A stretch of 64,000 nt of DNA from positions 30,932 to 94,931 of the forward strand of contig CACYIK010000004.1 in the NCBI GenBank assembly GCA_902774395.1, written 5' to 3'. The DNA comes from an uncultured Bacteroidota bacterium. GTDB taxonomy: Bacteria > Bacteroidota > Bacteroidia > Bacteroidales > P3. The translations under genes and the position numbers were made by a program. The first letter of the stretch is position 1. Every line of letters starts with the position of its first letter. Below the pieces are notes generated by a model that worked only from the letters and a program-made list of their open reading frames with translations, had not been told where the DNA came from and did not search any database. Shown here piece after piece: positions 1 through 9,500 of the stretch.

Positions 1-94
1 TAATGGTTCCCTTCAGCGTGCCTTGGGCGAGGGCGACCATTTCCGCCATCAGCAAGAGTCCGAATGTCAATAGTACTTTTCTAAACATTCTCAT
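1..94 (-). CDS. N-terminal end of a secreted protein; the gene continues beyond the window start
   Basis: Reverse strand from ATG at 92-94 reads MRMFRKVLLTFGLLLMAEMVALAQGTLKGTI. This is a signal peptide followed by a start resembling carboxypeptidase-regulatory-like N-domains of TonB-dependent receptors. Only 31 codons are visible. Confidence 0.3.
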   Translation of the reverse strand, partial: MRMFRKVLLTFGLLLMAEMVALAQGTLKGTI

Positions 95-123
95 TGCGTT
101 TACATGTTAAGTGATTATTTATT

Positions 124-480
124 TTATTGATTTATTTCGTCAATGTATTTATTGTTCAATATCACCTGGCTGATAACCGCCTGTCTCAGGTCGAACTGCG
201 GCCGAACAGTCTCTTCGGCAACCATGTTCATCACCGGGGCCGGCGCAGCCTTGGGAGCTGCCGACGGACGGTAGATGTCGTCGACGGTCTCATAGGTAAA
301 GTACGGCGACTCCATTTCGGAGGCAGCCTTCTCTTCCCGCATGCTCATGTCTCCCTCGTCCTCGGCGGGAACAGCAGAGCCACCCACAGGGACGCTCTGC
401 TCTTCCATAGCCTTCTTCGCCTTGGAGGTAAAAGAGACTCCAAAGAAAAGAATGAGGATTAATATGGTGACAATGCTCAT
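124..480 (-). CDS. hypothetical small membrane-anchored protein
   Basis: 118-aa ORF with an N-terminal TM helix (IVTILILILFFGV) and an acidic/proline-rich tail. It lies directly downstream of secDF on the same strand. No recognisable family. Confidence 0.4.
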   Translation of the reverse strand: MSIVTILILILFFGVSFTSKAKKAMEEQSVPVGGSAVPAEDEGDMSMREEKAASEMESPYFTYETVDDIYRPSAAPKAAPAPVMNMVAEETVRPQFDLRQAVISQVILNNKYIDEINQ

Positions 481-536
481 GTCGGTTATTTATCTCTTTT
501 TATATTGAATCAATAATTATTATATACACACACTTA

Positions 537-3524
537 TTACTCGGCGATCTCTTTTACTTTCTGCTTGCCGGAAATCTCGTAGACCACGGCGCAGGCAATG
601 CAGAGCGAGGAGAAGACACCGACGATGACACCGACGAGGAGAGCGAAGATGAATCCGCGGATCACCTCACCGCCGAAGAGGAACATCATCAGCAGGGTGA
701 CGAAGGTGGTGCCGGAAGTGTTCACCGTACGGGCCAAAGTGGAGTTGATAGCGTCGTTCATGTGGGTCATGAGGTCACGCTTCGGATAGAGCTTGCGGTA
801 CTCACGCACACGGTCGAAGATAACCACAGTGGCGTTGATGGAGTAACCGATGACCGTCAGCACGGCGGAGATGAAGTACTGGTCGACCTCCAGGTTGAAG
901 GGGAGCAGACCATAGAGCAGCGAGAAGAGACCGATGACCAGGATGGTGTCGTGGGTCAGAGCGGCCACAGAACCGATACCGAAACGCCAGCTGCGGAAGC
1001 GGAGTCCGATATAGACGAACATCACGAGGAGACCTCCGATAACAGCCCAGATGGAGTGCACCAGGTTGTCGTGGGCAACACCCTCGCCGAACTGGTCGGA
1101 CTGGATGACACCGTATTCAGAGCTCTCGGTAGACTGGAACTGCTCGAGGGTGGGCTGCTTGGCGAAGTGCTTGTTGGAACCGGCATAGAGCTTGCTCATG
1201 ATGTCGTTCTTCACATCGTCGCCATCCTCTTTGATCTTGTACTTGGTGGTCACCTTCACCTGGTTGGAGGGTCCGAAGTTCTTCACCTCGGGAGCCTCGG
1301 GGAACTGGCTGGCGATGTCGGCACGGACGGCATCCTCGTCGACGGGCTGGTCGAAGCGGATGACATAGGTGCGGCCACCGGTGAAGTCGATACCGAAGCT
1401 CAGGCCGCGCAGGGCGAAGCTGCCGAGGCAGACCACGATGGCGATGCCGGCGATGGCATAGAACATCTTGCGCTTGCCAAGGAAGTCGATATGGACATCA
1501 CGGAGGAAGTTCTCGGAGAAGGAGAAGGAGAAGTTCATCTTGCGCTTTCTGTTCAGACTGCCGTCAATCATCAAGCGGGTGATGAAGATGGAGGTGAAGA
1601 GCGAGGTGACGATACCGATGCAGAGGGTGACGGCGAAGCCGCGGACAGCACCGGAACCGAACATCACAAGAACGAGACCCAGCAGGAAGGTGGTCACCTG
1701 ACCGTCGATGATGGCGGAGTAGGCGTTCTTGAAACCGTTCTGGACAGCGTTGGAGATGCTGACGCCAGCGCGGAGCTCTTCTTTGATACGCTCATAGATA
1801 ATCACGTTGCCGTCGACAGCCATGGCCATCGTCAGCACAATACCGGCGATACCGGGGAGGGTGAGCACAGAGCCGATGGAGGCAAGGACTCCTATAAGAA
1901 GGAATACATTAGTAATAAGGGCAGCCACCGAGACCCAGCCGGCACGGTTGTAGAAGAACACCATGTAGATGAGCACCACGATGAATGCCAAGATGAAGGA
2001 AATAAGACCATTGTGGATGGACTCCTCACCGAGGGAAGGTCCGACGACGGTGTCGGAGACGATCTTGGCGGGAGCGGGAAGCTTACCGGACTTCAGGATG
2101 TTGGCGAGGTCCTTGGCCTCCTCGATGGAGAAGTTACCCGTAATCTGCGAACGACCGCCGGCAATCTCATTCTGCACCGTGGGGGCGGAATAGACCTGGT
2201 TGTCGAGGACGATGGCGATGGGTTTCTTGATATTCTGGGCAGTGATGGTTTTCCACTTGCGGGCACCTTCACTGGTCATACGCATGTCGACTTCGGCCTT
2301 GCCGTTGCCCTGACCGAAATCCTGGGAGGCGTCGGCGACGGCGCTACCGTCGAGCAGCGGGGAACCGTCACGCGTGGTAATCTTGATAGCATAGAGGGTG
2401 TAGACATCCTTCTCGTTGAAGTAGTCGGTCTCAGGTTTGGCCGACCAGAGGAACTTGACGGCCTTGGGATTGTAGGCCTTCTTCTCGATAGCCTGCTCAA
2501 GCATGGTGTTGATAGCGGCCATGTCCTGCTTCTTGGCATAAGCCACGAAGGAGGCGTTGCCGTTGAAGAGGTGCAGCTTGTCATAGAGCTTTGCCTCGGG
2601 CTGGGCGGCGGGAGCCTGAGCCTCGACGGCGGTGCTGTCATTCTCGACGGCGGTGCTGTCGTTGGTCTGCTCAGCGGTGGTGAAGTTGGCGACGACATTG
2701 TCGGCTCTGTCGAGGAAGGGTTTGGCCTCGGCGAGGTCGTAGACCTGCCAGAACTCGAGCTGGGCGGTACCCTGGAGGAGTTTACGCACACGCTCGGGAT
2801 CCTTCACACCGGGGAGCTCGACGAGGATACGCTCGGAGGCGGCCAGCTTCTGGATGGTGGGCTGAGCCACACCGAATTTATCGATACGACGGTTGATAAC
2901 CTCGAAGGTCTGGTCGTAAGCCTCGGAAGTAACATTGCGGATGGCTTCAATAATGGTGTCGCGCGTAGCGCCGGCTCTCAGTTTATCCTTGAAATAGCTG
3001 CTGCTTCCGAAAAGGGTGTAGAGGTCAAGGTCTTTGCTCTCCTCTGCAAACAGGGTGACAAAGTCAGCGTTGGTGGTCTTCTTCTGTCTGTCGAGAGCTC
3101 TCTTGATGGCGTCGTTGAGCTTCGGGTCGTCCTTGTGGTTGCCAGCCAGCTGGCGGACCACCTCAGAGGTGGAGACCTCGAGCATCACGTTCATACCACC
3201 CTTCAGGTCAAGACCGAGGTTGATTTCACGGGACTGGCAGTCACGGTAGGTATAGCCGAGATAAACCTTCTGATCTGCCTTCTCAAGAAGAATGCTCTCC
3301 TCCTTCACCTGCTGGATGGAATCCTGGAGGATCTGAGCTTTGTTCTTGTCATTGTTGGCAAGCTGCATGATCTGCGCCTGCACATCTTTGCTGTTAACGT
3401 AGTTTTCGGCTTCAGTTTTGGCGTTGCCCTCAATCACGGTTGTCACAACTGTAAACGACAATTGGAACAAACAAGCCAGGGCAAACGCCCAAGTCAGAAA
3501 TTTGATAAGTCCTTTATTCTGCAT
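537..3524 (-). CDS. secDF: protein translocase subunit SecDF (fused)
   Basis: 995-aa ORF with an N-terminal TM helix, a large periplasmic domain (LDLKGGMNV) and two 6-TM bundles. The fused SecD-SecF architecture is typical of Bacteroidota. Confidence 0.93.
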   Translation of the reverse strand: MQNKGLIKFLTWAFALACLFQLSFTVVTTVIEGNAKTEAENYVNSKDVQAQIMQLANNDKNKAQILQDSIQQVKEESILLEKADQKVYLGYTYRDCQSREINLGLDLKGGMNVMLEVSTSEVVRQLAGNHKDDPKLNDAIKRALDRQKKTTNADFVTLFAEESKDLDLYTLFGSSSYFKDKLRAGATRDTIIEAIRNVTSEAYDQTFEVINRRIDKFGVAQPTIQKLAASERILVELPGVKDPERVRKLLQGTAQLEFWQVYDLAEAKPFLDRADNVVANFTTAEQTNDSTAVENDSTAVEAQAPAAQPEAKLYDKLHLFNGNASFVAYAKKQDMAAINTMLEQAIEKKAYNPKAVKFLWSAKPETDYFNEKDVYTLYAIKITTRDGSPLLDGSAVADASQDFGQGNGKAEVDMRMTSEGARKWKTITAQNIKKPIAIVLDNQVYSAPTVQNEIAGGRSQITGNFSIEEAKDLANILKSGKLPAPAKIVSDTVVGPSLGEESIHNGLISFILAFIVVLIYMVFFYNRAGWVSVAALITNVFLLIGVLASIGSVLTLPGIAGIVLTMAMAVDGNVIIYERIKEELRAGVSISNAVQNGFKNAYSAIIDGQVTTFLLGLVLVMFGSGAVRGFAVTLCIGIVTSLFTSIFITRLMIDGSLNRKRKMNFSFSFSENFLRDVHIDFLGKRKMFYAIAGIAIVVCLGSFALRGLSFGIDFTGGRTYVIRFDQPVDEDAVRADIASQFPEAPEVKNFGPSNQVKVTTKYKIKEDGDDVKNDIMSKLYAGSNKHFAKQPTLEQFQSTESSEYGVIQSDQFGEGVAHDNLVHSIWAVIGGLLVMFVYIGLRFRSWRFGIGSVAALTHDTILVIGLFSLLYGLLPFNLEVDQYFISAVLTVIGYSINATVVIFDRVREYRKLYPKRDLMTHMNDAINSTLARTVNTSGTTFVTLLMMFLFGGEVIRGFIFALLVGVIVGVFSSLCIACAVVYEISGKQKVKEIAE

Positions 3525-3621
3525 ACTTTATATATAAATTTATGTTTTTTATTATATTCCTTTGAACATGCAAAAATAATAAAAAATATTGACATAGCAA
3601 ACAAAATCGAAAAAAAACATG

Positions 3622-3629
3622 TATCTTTG
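3622..3629 (+). promoter_or_regulatory. Bacteroidota -7 promoter box (TAnnTTTG) for radC
   Basis: TATCTTTG followed by CA, about 30 nt upstream of ATG 3658, in an AT-rich intergenic region. Confidence 0.5.
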
Positions 3630-3657
3630 CACAAAAATTCTAGAATTACAACAAGAT

Positions 3658-4371
3658 ATGAACGATAATTTTTCACTGACGCTCAAAGAGTGGGCCGACG
3701 AGGACAAACCCCGTGAAAAAATGCTTGACAAGGGCAAGAAGGAGTTGACTAACGCCGAGCTGCTGGCCATCCTGCTGCGCAGCGGCCTGAAGGGGAAAAC
3801 CGTTGTCGAGGTGGCCAAAGAAGTGCTGACCTGTTCGGGCAACAGCCTGACCACCCTTTCACAGATGGACTTCAAGCAGTTAAGCTCCATCAAAGGGGTC
3901 GGCGCGGCCAAAGCCACCACCCTCATGGCAGCCCTCGAGCTGGGCTGGCGCATGCAGGGGGAGATAAACAAAGACAAAGAGCTGGTAATCAGCAACAGCG
4001 ACAACCTCTTCAATTACATGAAGTCCACGCTCGTCAACCTCGACCACGAGGAGTTCTGGGCCATCTTCCTCAGCAACCGCGGCAAAGTGCTGGGGCGCCA
4101 GCGCATCTCCCTGGGCGGACAGACCAGCACCTCGGTCGATCAGCGCATCCTCTTCCGTAACGCTCTTGAATGCAAGGCGGTAAGCCTCATGGTGGCACAC
4201 AACCACCCTTCGGGCTCCCTGCGTCCGAGCCTGGAAGACAAACAACTTACCCGCCGCCTTACGGAAGCGGGTAGTCTTCTTGAAATCAAATTATTGGAGC
4301 ATATCATCATCGGCATAAACCCCTTGGGGCAGGCCGACTACTTCAGCTTCCACGACAACGGTCTCCTCTAA
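3658..4371 (+). CDS. radC: RadC-family JAB/MPN domain protein
   Basis: HhH-like IKGVGAAKA and JAB motif HNHPSGSLRPS. The start was moved from 3619 to the in-frame ATG at 3658 because 3619 lies inside the promoter box. Confidence 0.88.
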   Translation: MNDNFSLTLKEWADEDKPREKMLDKGKKELTNAELLAILLRSGLKGKTVVEVAKEVLTCSGNSLTTLSQMDFKQLSSIKGVGAAKATTLMAALELGWRMQGEINKDKELVISNSDNLFNYMKSTLVNLDHEEFWAIFLSNRGKVLGRQRISLGGQTSTSVDQRILFRNALECKAVSLMVAHNHPSGSLRPSLEDKQLTRRLTEAGSLLEIKLLEHIIIGINPLGQADYFSFHDNGLL

Positions 4372-4724
4372 CGCGACACCGTCAACTCCACGCTGACCGA
4401 CTCCATCTGCCCTCCCAAGGGAGGATTCAGCTTGCTGACTTTCACCGTAACCGTCTCTACAGCAGCAAAATCTGCCAACACCCTCTCCCCTATCCTGCGG
4501 GCCACATGCTCCAGCAGATGAGAGGGCGTCATCATTTCCGCCTTCACCACCTGGTAGACGTCCAGATAGCTGACCGTATCTGATATGTTATCAGACACTT
4601 CAGCCTTGGAAGTGTCGGTCATGAAGGCGAGGTCGACACGGAAATGGGTGCCGATGACACGCTCCTGCTCGAAACAGCCGTGATGCGCATAGAAGCGCAT
4701 GTCGTTGATGGTGATAACAGCCAT
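4368..4724 (-). CDS. folB: dihydroneopterin aldolase
   Basis: 118 aa. The N-terminus INDMRFYAHHGCFEQERVIGTHFRVDL is typical of the FolB family. Confidence 0.8.
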   Translation of the reverse strand: MAVITINDMRFYAHHGCFEQERVIGTHFRVDLAFMTDTSKAEVSDNISDTVSYLDVYQVVKAEMMTPSHLLEHVARRIGERVLADFAAVETVTVKVSKLNPPLGGQMESVSVELTVSR

Positions 4725-4728
4725 GGAA

Positions 4729-5772
4729 TCAGATGATATTGTCGAACTGGTGCAGGAAGCGGAGGTCGTTCTCGAAGTAGAGGCGCAGGTCGCGGATCTG
4801 ATACTTCAGCATGGCCATACGCTCCACACCCATACCGAAGGCGAAGCCCGTATATTCCTTGCTGTCAATGCCGCAGGCGTCGAGGACGTTGGGGTCCACC
4901 ATGCCGCAGCCCAGAATCTCGAGCCAGCCGGTACCCTTGCAGATATTGCAGCCCTTGCCGCCGCAGATGTTGCACGAGACATCCATCTCGGCACTCGGCT
5001 CAGTGAACGGGAAATAGCTGGGTCTCAGACGTATCTGGGTCTCCGGACCGAACATCTCCTTGGCGAAATAGAGCAGCGTCTGCTTGAGGTCGGCGAAGGT
5101 CACCTTCTTGTCGACATAGAGGCCTTCCACCTGATGGAAGATACAGTGGGCGCGGGCGCTAATAGCCTCATTCCTAAACACTCTGCCCGGGGCGATGATG
5201 CGGATGGGAGGCTTGTGGGTCTCCATCACGCGCACCTGCACCGACGAGGTGTGGGTACGGAGGGCGATATCCTGCTTACCTTCCTCTTTCTGAACGAAGA
5301 AGGTGTCCTGCATGTCGCGGGCGGGATGGTCGGGCGGGAAGTTCAGTGCCGAGAAGAGATGCCAGTCGTCTTCTATCTCCACCGACTCCTCGATGGTGAA
5401 GCCGATACGGGCGAAAATCTCGGCAATCTCGTTCATCGTCACCGACAGCACGTGACGGCTGCCACGGTTGGCGAAGTCGGCAGGCATCGTCAGGTCATGA
5501 CGGTCCTCGGCCTCCTCGCTCTCCTCGACGAAGTTCTTGAATTCCTCGACCTTGGCCAAAGCGGCGTTTTTCAGATTGTTCAGGGCCACGCCCATCTCTT
5601 TCTTCTGGTCGTTGGGGAGCGTCTTGAACTGCTCAAAGAGCTCGTTCATCACACCCTTGCGGCCAAGGAAACGGACACGGAACTTCTCCACCTCGGCAGC
5701 CCTGTCCTCAAACTCTTCGATGCGGGCCGCACGAATCTCTTCAATGTACTGGGAAATAAGATCTTTCAGCAT
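4729..5772 (-). CDS. pheS: phenylalanine--tRNA ligase alpha subunit
   Basis: Class II aaRS motifs: FPPDHPARDMQDTFF, GRVFRNEAISARAHCIFHQVEG, GFAFGMGVERMAM. Confidence 0.95.
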   Translation of the reverse strand: MLKDLISQYIEEIRAARIEEFEDRAAEVEKFRVRFLGRKGVMNELFEQFKTLPNDQKKEMGVALNNLKNAALAKVEEFKNFVEESEEAEDRHDLTMPADFANRGSRHVLSVTMNEIAEIFARIGFTIEESVEIEDDWHLFSALNFPPDHPARDMQDTFFVQKEEGKQDIALRTHTSSVQVRVMETHKPPIRIIAPGRVFRNEAISARAHCIFHQVEGLYVDKKVTFADLKQTLLYFAKEMFGPETQIRLRPSYFPFTEPSAEMDVSCNICGGKGCNICKGTGWLEILGCGMVDPNVLDACGIDSKEYTGFAFGMGVERMAMLKYQIRDLRLYFENDLRFLHQFDNII

Positions 5773-5781
5773 ATTATTACG

Positions 5782-6468
5782 TTACTTTTTAATCACTTTA
5801 ACACTCAGGATGCGGACATCCTCCAACGGACGGTCCATCGGGTCCGTCTTGACGGCCGCTATCTTGTCGACAACATCCATACCCTCAAGCACTTCGCCAA
5901 AGACGGTGTAGTCGCCGTCGAGGTGCGGGGCACCACCCTCCTCGGCATAGATCTTACGATGCTCGTCGGAGTATTTCTTGCCGAAGCGCTGCTCCATCAT
6001 ATTCATCTCGCCGTCAGACCATTTACGACCCTGGACGATATAGAACTGTGAGGCCGACGACTCCTTCTTGGGGTTCACGTCGTCACCCTGGCGGGCGGCA
6101 CACAGTGCGCCACGCTTATTGATATGGTTCTCACGGAATTCCGCGGGGATTTTATATCCCAAATCACCCTCGCCGAGCATCTGTCCCGCCTTGGCGTTCT
6201 TCGAGTCGGGGTCGCCACCCTGAATCATGAAGCCCTTGATGACCCGATGGAACAGCGTCCCGTCGTAGACACCTTCACCAGCCAATTTTATGAAATTGTC
6301 ACGGTGCAAAGGGGTGTCGTCATACAGCAGAATGACAATATTTCCGCTGCTGGTCTGCATTTCCACCCGCACGCCGGAATCCTTTCCGGACTCCTGTTTT
6401 TCAACCCCTTGCGCGGTCACGAATAAAGCAGGGAATAAAAAAAACGCCAAAAATATTATTTTTTTCAT
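5782..6468 (-). CDS. cyclophilin-type peptidyl-prolyl cis-trans isomerase, secreted
   Basis: FHRVIKGFMIQGGDP cyclophilin signature. The start was moved to the internal MKKIIFLAFFLFPALFVTAQG signal peptide (ATG 6466-6468); the upstream extension reads through an AT-rich promoter. Confidence 0.88.
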   Translation of the reverse strand: MKKIIFLAFFLFPALFVTAQGVEKQESGKDSGVRVEMQTSSGNIVILLYDDTPLHRDNFIKLAGEGVYDGTLFHRVIKGFMIQGGDPDSKNAKAGQMLGEGDLGYKIPAEFRENHINKRGALCAARQGDDVNPKKESSASQFYIVQGRKWSDGEMNMMEQRFGKKYSDEHRKIYAEEGGAPHLDGDYTVFGEVLEGMDVVDKIAAVKTDPMDRPLEDVRILSVKVIKK

Positions 6469-6550
6469 CCTATATAGAATAAATTTGCTAATTTTGCAAT
6501 GCAAAAATAAGAATAAAAATAGAAATAACGACTCAAAAAAACATAGTTTT

Positions 6551-6925
6551 ATGAAGAAAAAAATCCTCTCCTTCTTCGCGCTGCTGGCTTTCAGCATCTT
6601 ACCCATGACACTTTTTACCGCCTGCGACAAAGACACCAATAGTTATTTGGATGTTTATGTGGTCGACGAAGCCACCAACGAGCCGATTTCGGGAGCCGTC
6701 ATCAAGATTTCCCAAAGCAACGGAGGCAACGTCCGCGACAATGGCGTCACCGACAAGAACGGCCACTACAAAACAAAATTCTCCGCTCCCGCCATCATCA
6801 ATATCGAAGCCGCCCTCAACGTCCCCGGAGGAGAGCGCCGCGGCTCCACCACCATCCGCCTGCTCGAAGGCGAGACCATCAACACGAAAATCGCACTCAC
6901 AAGCCAGATCTACGGCCAACGATAA
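6551..6925 (+). CDS. small lipoprotein with a carboxypeptidase-regulatory-like (Ig-like) fold
   Basis: Start at ATG 6551 gives MKKKILSFFALLAFSILPMTLFTAC (lipobox). LDVYVVDEATNEPISGAVIKI...TDKNGHY resembles CarboxypepD_reg domains. Confidence 0.5.
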   Translation: MKKKILSFFALLAFSILPMTLFTACDKDTNSYLDVYVVDEATNEPISGAVIKISQSNGGNVRDNGVTDKNGHYKTKFSAPAIINIEAALNVPGGERRGSTTIRLLEGETINTKIALTSQIYGQR

Positions 6926-6937
6926 ACAACTCATACC

Positions 6938-8464
6938 ATGACCTTTAAACCGACAAAACAAGATCAGGAACAGCTCGTCTCGCTGGGCCTGACCACCGAG
7001 CGTGTACAGGAACAAATCAACCACTTCAAGGAGGGGTTCCCAAAATGCCGCCTCGATGCCGCCTCCACTCCCGAAAACAACGGCATCCGCTGCCTCGACG
7101 ACAAAGAGATAGCCCGCTGCGAGAAACAATACCGCACCCTAGCCAAAGGCAAGAAGATTCTGAAGTTCGTCCCCGCCTCCGGCGCCGCAACACGCATGTT
7201 CAAAGACCTTTACAGCTTCTCCTCGACCTATTTCGGCGTCGCCAAAGACTTCGAGAAGCAGTTCCCCGAAGTGAAGACCTTCCTCGAGAACCTCCGCACC
7301 TTCGCCTTCTACAACGACCTGAAAAACTGCATGGAAGCCGCCGACCTCGACCTCGAGGACTACATGCGCCGCGGCGACTACACCACCGTCATCAACTTCC
7401 TGCTCAAAGAGCAATACCTCGGCTACGGCAGCCTGCCCAAAGCGCTGTTAAAGTTTCACCGTTATGGAGCCGTGCAACGCACTCCGTTAGAGGAACATAT
7501 CGTCGAGGGCGCACTCTACGCCCGCAACAGCGACGACACCGTTAACCTCCACTTCACCATCTCGCCCGAACACCGCGCCGGCTTCCGCCGCAAAATCGCC
7601 GAAGTGAAACAATATTATGAGAGCACCTTCGGCATCAAACTGAATATAAGCTTCTCGGAACAAAAGCATTACACCGATATCATCGCCGTCGACGAGCAGA
7701 ACAATCCCGTGCGCGACGAGAACGGCCGCCTCATCTTCCGCCCCGGCGGACATGGTGCCCTCATCGAGAACCTCAACGAGCAACGCGCCGACCTTATCTT
7801 CATCAAGAACATCGACAATGTTGTCCCCGACTGGATGAAGCATACCACGGTGATTTACAAACAGGTGCTGGCCGGCATGCTCCTCGACCTGCGCGAGAAA
7901 TGCTTCGGCTACCTCCGCACCCTCGACGACAAACCCGACCGCCGCACCCTCAACAAAATTATCCGCTTCGCCAAAGAGGAGCTTAATATCATGGTACCAG
8001 ACGGTTGCGACGCCCAGACGCTCCACAGCCTCCTCAACCGTCCCATGCGCATCTGCGGCATGGTGAAGAACCTCGGTGAGCCGGGTGGAGGCCCCTTCTA
8101 TACCATTGATACCAAGGGCAGAAGAAGCCTCCAGATCGTCGAGTCGGCCCAGATCAACCACAACGACCCGCAGCAGGAGGGCATCTTCCAGGCATCGACC
8201 CACTTCAACCCCGTCGACCTGGTATGCAGCACCAAGAACTACCGCGGCCGTTATTTCGACCTGAGGAAATATGTCGACCCGCAGACCGGATTCATCAGCA
8301 AGAAGACCAAGGGTGCCCTCACCCTGAAGTCGCAGGAGCTCCCCGGCCTCTGGAACGGCGCCATGACCGACTGGATCACCCTCTTCGTCGAGGTCCCCGT
8401 CGCCACCTTCAACCCCGTCAAGACCGTCAACGACCTCCTTCGGAAAGAACACCGCGAAGCCTGA
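6938..8464 (+). CDS. conserved hypothetical protein, DUF4301-like
   Basis: 508-aa cytoplasmic ORF with good coding character. The N-terminus (QEQLVSLGLTTERVQEQINHFKEGFP) matches my recollection of DUF4301 proteins of Bacteroidota. Not verified by search. Confidence 0.45.
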   Translation: MTFKPTKQDQEQLVSLGLTTERVQEQINHFKEGFPKCRLDAASTPENNGIRCLDDKEIARCEKQYRTLAKGKKILKFVPASGAATRMFKDLYSFSSTYFGVAKDFEKQFPEVKTFLENLRTFAFYNDLKNCMEAADLDLEDYMRRGDYTTVINFLLKEQYLGYGSLPKALLKFHRYGAVQRTPLEEHIVEGALYARNSDDTVNLHFTISPEHRAGFRRKIAEVKQYYESTFGIKLNISFSEQKHYTDIIAVDEQNNPVRDENGRLIFRPGGHGALIENLNEQRADLIFIKNIDNVVPDWMKHTTVIYKQVLAGMLLDLREKCFGYLRTLDDKPDRRTLNKIIRFAKEELNIMVPDGCDAQTLHSLLNRPMRICGMVKNLGEPGGGPFYTIDTKGRRSLQIVESAQINHNDPQQEGIFQASTHFNPVDLVCSTKNYRGRYFDLRKYVDPQTGFISKKTKGALTLKSQELPGLWNGAMTDWITLFVEVPVATFNPVKTVNDLLRKEHREA

Positions 8465-8640
8465 GCGGCAAGGCAGTTTACTTACTTGTCCGAAGCAAAG
8501 CGATGAGGACGAAAGTCAGCATCTAGAAGGTTAAATTCTGCATCTAGAAGGTTAAATAAAGTTAGAAAAAAAGCTGACCAAAGCCCAAAAAACGGCCGAC
8601 AAAGCCAAAATTGGAAATCAATAAGATACAAGCGCAAAAT

Positions 8641-8675
8641 GGCACATAACTGACTAGTTATGTGCCATTTATCGT
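8641..8675 (+). terminator. intrinsic terminator candidate after the DUF4301-like gene
   Basis: Perfect 10-bp stem GGCACATAAC/GTTATGTGCC (8641-8666) with a 6-nt loop, followed by a T-rich tract (ATTTATCGTTTT). Confidence 0.55.
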
Positions 8676-8693
8676 TTTAATGAACTTATAACA

Positions 8694-8800
8694 CACTGAT
8701 ACTCAATACCAACACCGTACCAACGACGTATCAACACCGTATCAACTCCGACCCAACACCGACCACAGTCGGAGATGATACGTTTTTGCCACGGTACTGA
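8694..8800. repeat. stutter-word hairpin element, copy 1 of a dispersed ~85-bp repeat (second copy 38656-38790)
   Basis: CACTGATACTCAATACCAACACCGTACCAACGACGTATCAACACCGTATCAACTCCGACCC... aligns at roughly 80% identity, same orientation, with 38656 onward. The right arm GTCGGAGATGATACG pairs with CGTATCAACTCCGAC. Confidence 0.8.
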
Positions 8801-8868
8801 CACGTCATTCACACCAATCTCTTCTTTCTCTTTTCGCGCACATTTCATTGAACGTTAATTGCCGTTAA

Positions 8869-9467
8869 TTATCCATCAATTGTCTGGGATTCAGCGTCGA
8901 CAACGACCAGTTTGCCCTGCATTCGTGGTATTTCCGCAATGCGCTGGTCAGAGCCAACTACAAGAATGTGGCAAAAGGCATCAGTCAAGACGGTCACTTT
9001 CTTGAACTCTTCTTCCAGAATCTCCTGATGGGTGAGAATAACGAGCTAAAGAACAGATACATGCTGGTGAACCCACCTGAAGAGTGGAAACAACCCACAA
9101 GCACCGATCAAGAACAGGACAAGCACCGTACAAGTACCGTACAAGTACCGAACAAGCTCGAGGATTTATTACACACAAATAATCCTGACATTGTAAGGCT
9201 CGTGATGGCTATTGGATGTCGGCAATTATCTGTGACACAAATGATGGAATCCATTGGATTGAAACATCGACCCACTTTTTGCAGAACTATCTCAATCCTG
9301 CCATTACCGATGGAAATATCTGTTTGTTATATCCAGACAAACCTCGCCATCCCCGCCAGAGATACCTGCTGACCGTGAAGGGGCAGATGCTGTATCGGGA
9401 ACTTACAAAACAATATCGCCCGACACCGGCAGCGGATTCTTCGCTAGATAAAGTCGGTTCTCGTTGA
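8869..9467 (+). pseudogene. 5'-truncated, frameshifted fic-family gene remnant with a C-terminal wHTH module
   Basis: The frame opens at 8869 without a start or the Fic core. It reads ...HSWYFRNALVRANYKNVAKGI...LSVTQMMESIGLKHRPTF, then shifts frame at a T5 run (9276-9280) to QNYLNPAITDGNICLLYPDKPRHPRQRYLLT. The tail is homologous to the C-terminus of the 15441-16883 protein (MTEIMDHIGMKHRYNVKHRYIDPLIESGFLEMTIPDKPNSRSQKY). Confidence 0.55.
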
Positions 9468-9500
9468 ATTCAAGATGCAAGTCGCTAACTAACTGGATTT

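Noticed and set aside
762-3668. Very long ORFs antisense to or overlapping real genes. Examples: 762-3668 (+), 4699-6051 (+), 22383-23090 (-), 36480-38522 (+), 50891-51943 (+), 53301-54380 (-), 55107-56171 (-), 59381-60625 (-), 61323-62471 (+).
   Set aside because: These are shadow ORFs typical of GC-rich coding DNA. Their translations are low-complexity (G/A/V/D/E/H-rich) with no motifs. The opposite-strand or other-frame ORF has unambiguous family signatures in each case: SecDF, PheS, TPM, HutU, the beta-helix lipoprotein, M16, GH5 and the aminotransferase.
8519-8557. Tandem duplication GCATCTAGAAGGTTAAAT x2 (21-bp period) just after the DUF4301-like gene stop.
   Set aside because: It is real but minimal: two copies with no inverted partner. 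It is probably a local duplication in the 3' UTR. Noted only as context for the repeat-rich boundary region.
8968-9467. ORFs 8968-9372 and 9216-9467 as two independent small genes.
   Set aside because: Read together, they are one fic-family C-terminal region interrupted by a 1-nt frameshift at a T5 run, with no start codon or Fic core upstream. They are called as a pseudogene instead. Sequencing error at the homopolymer cannot be excluded, but the 5' truncation remains.
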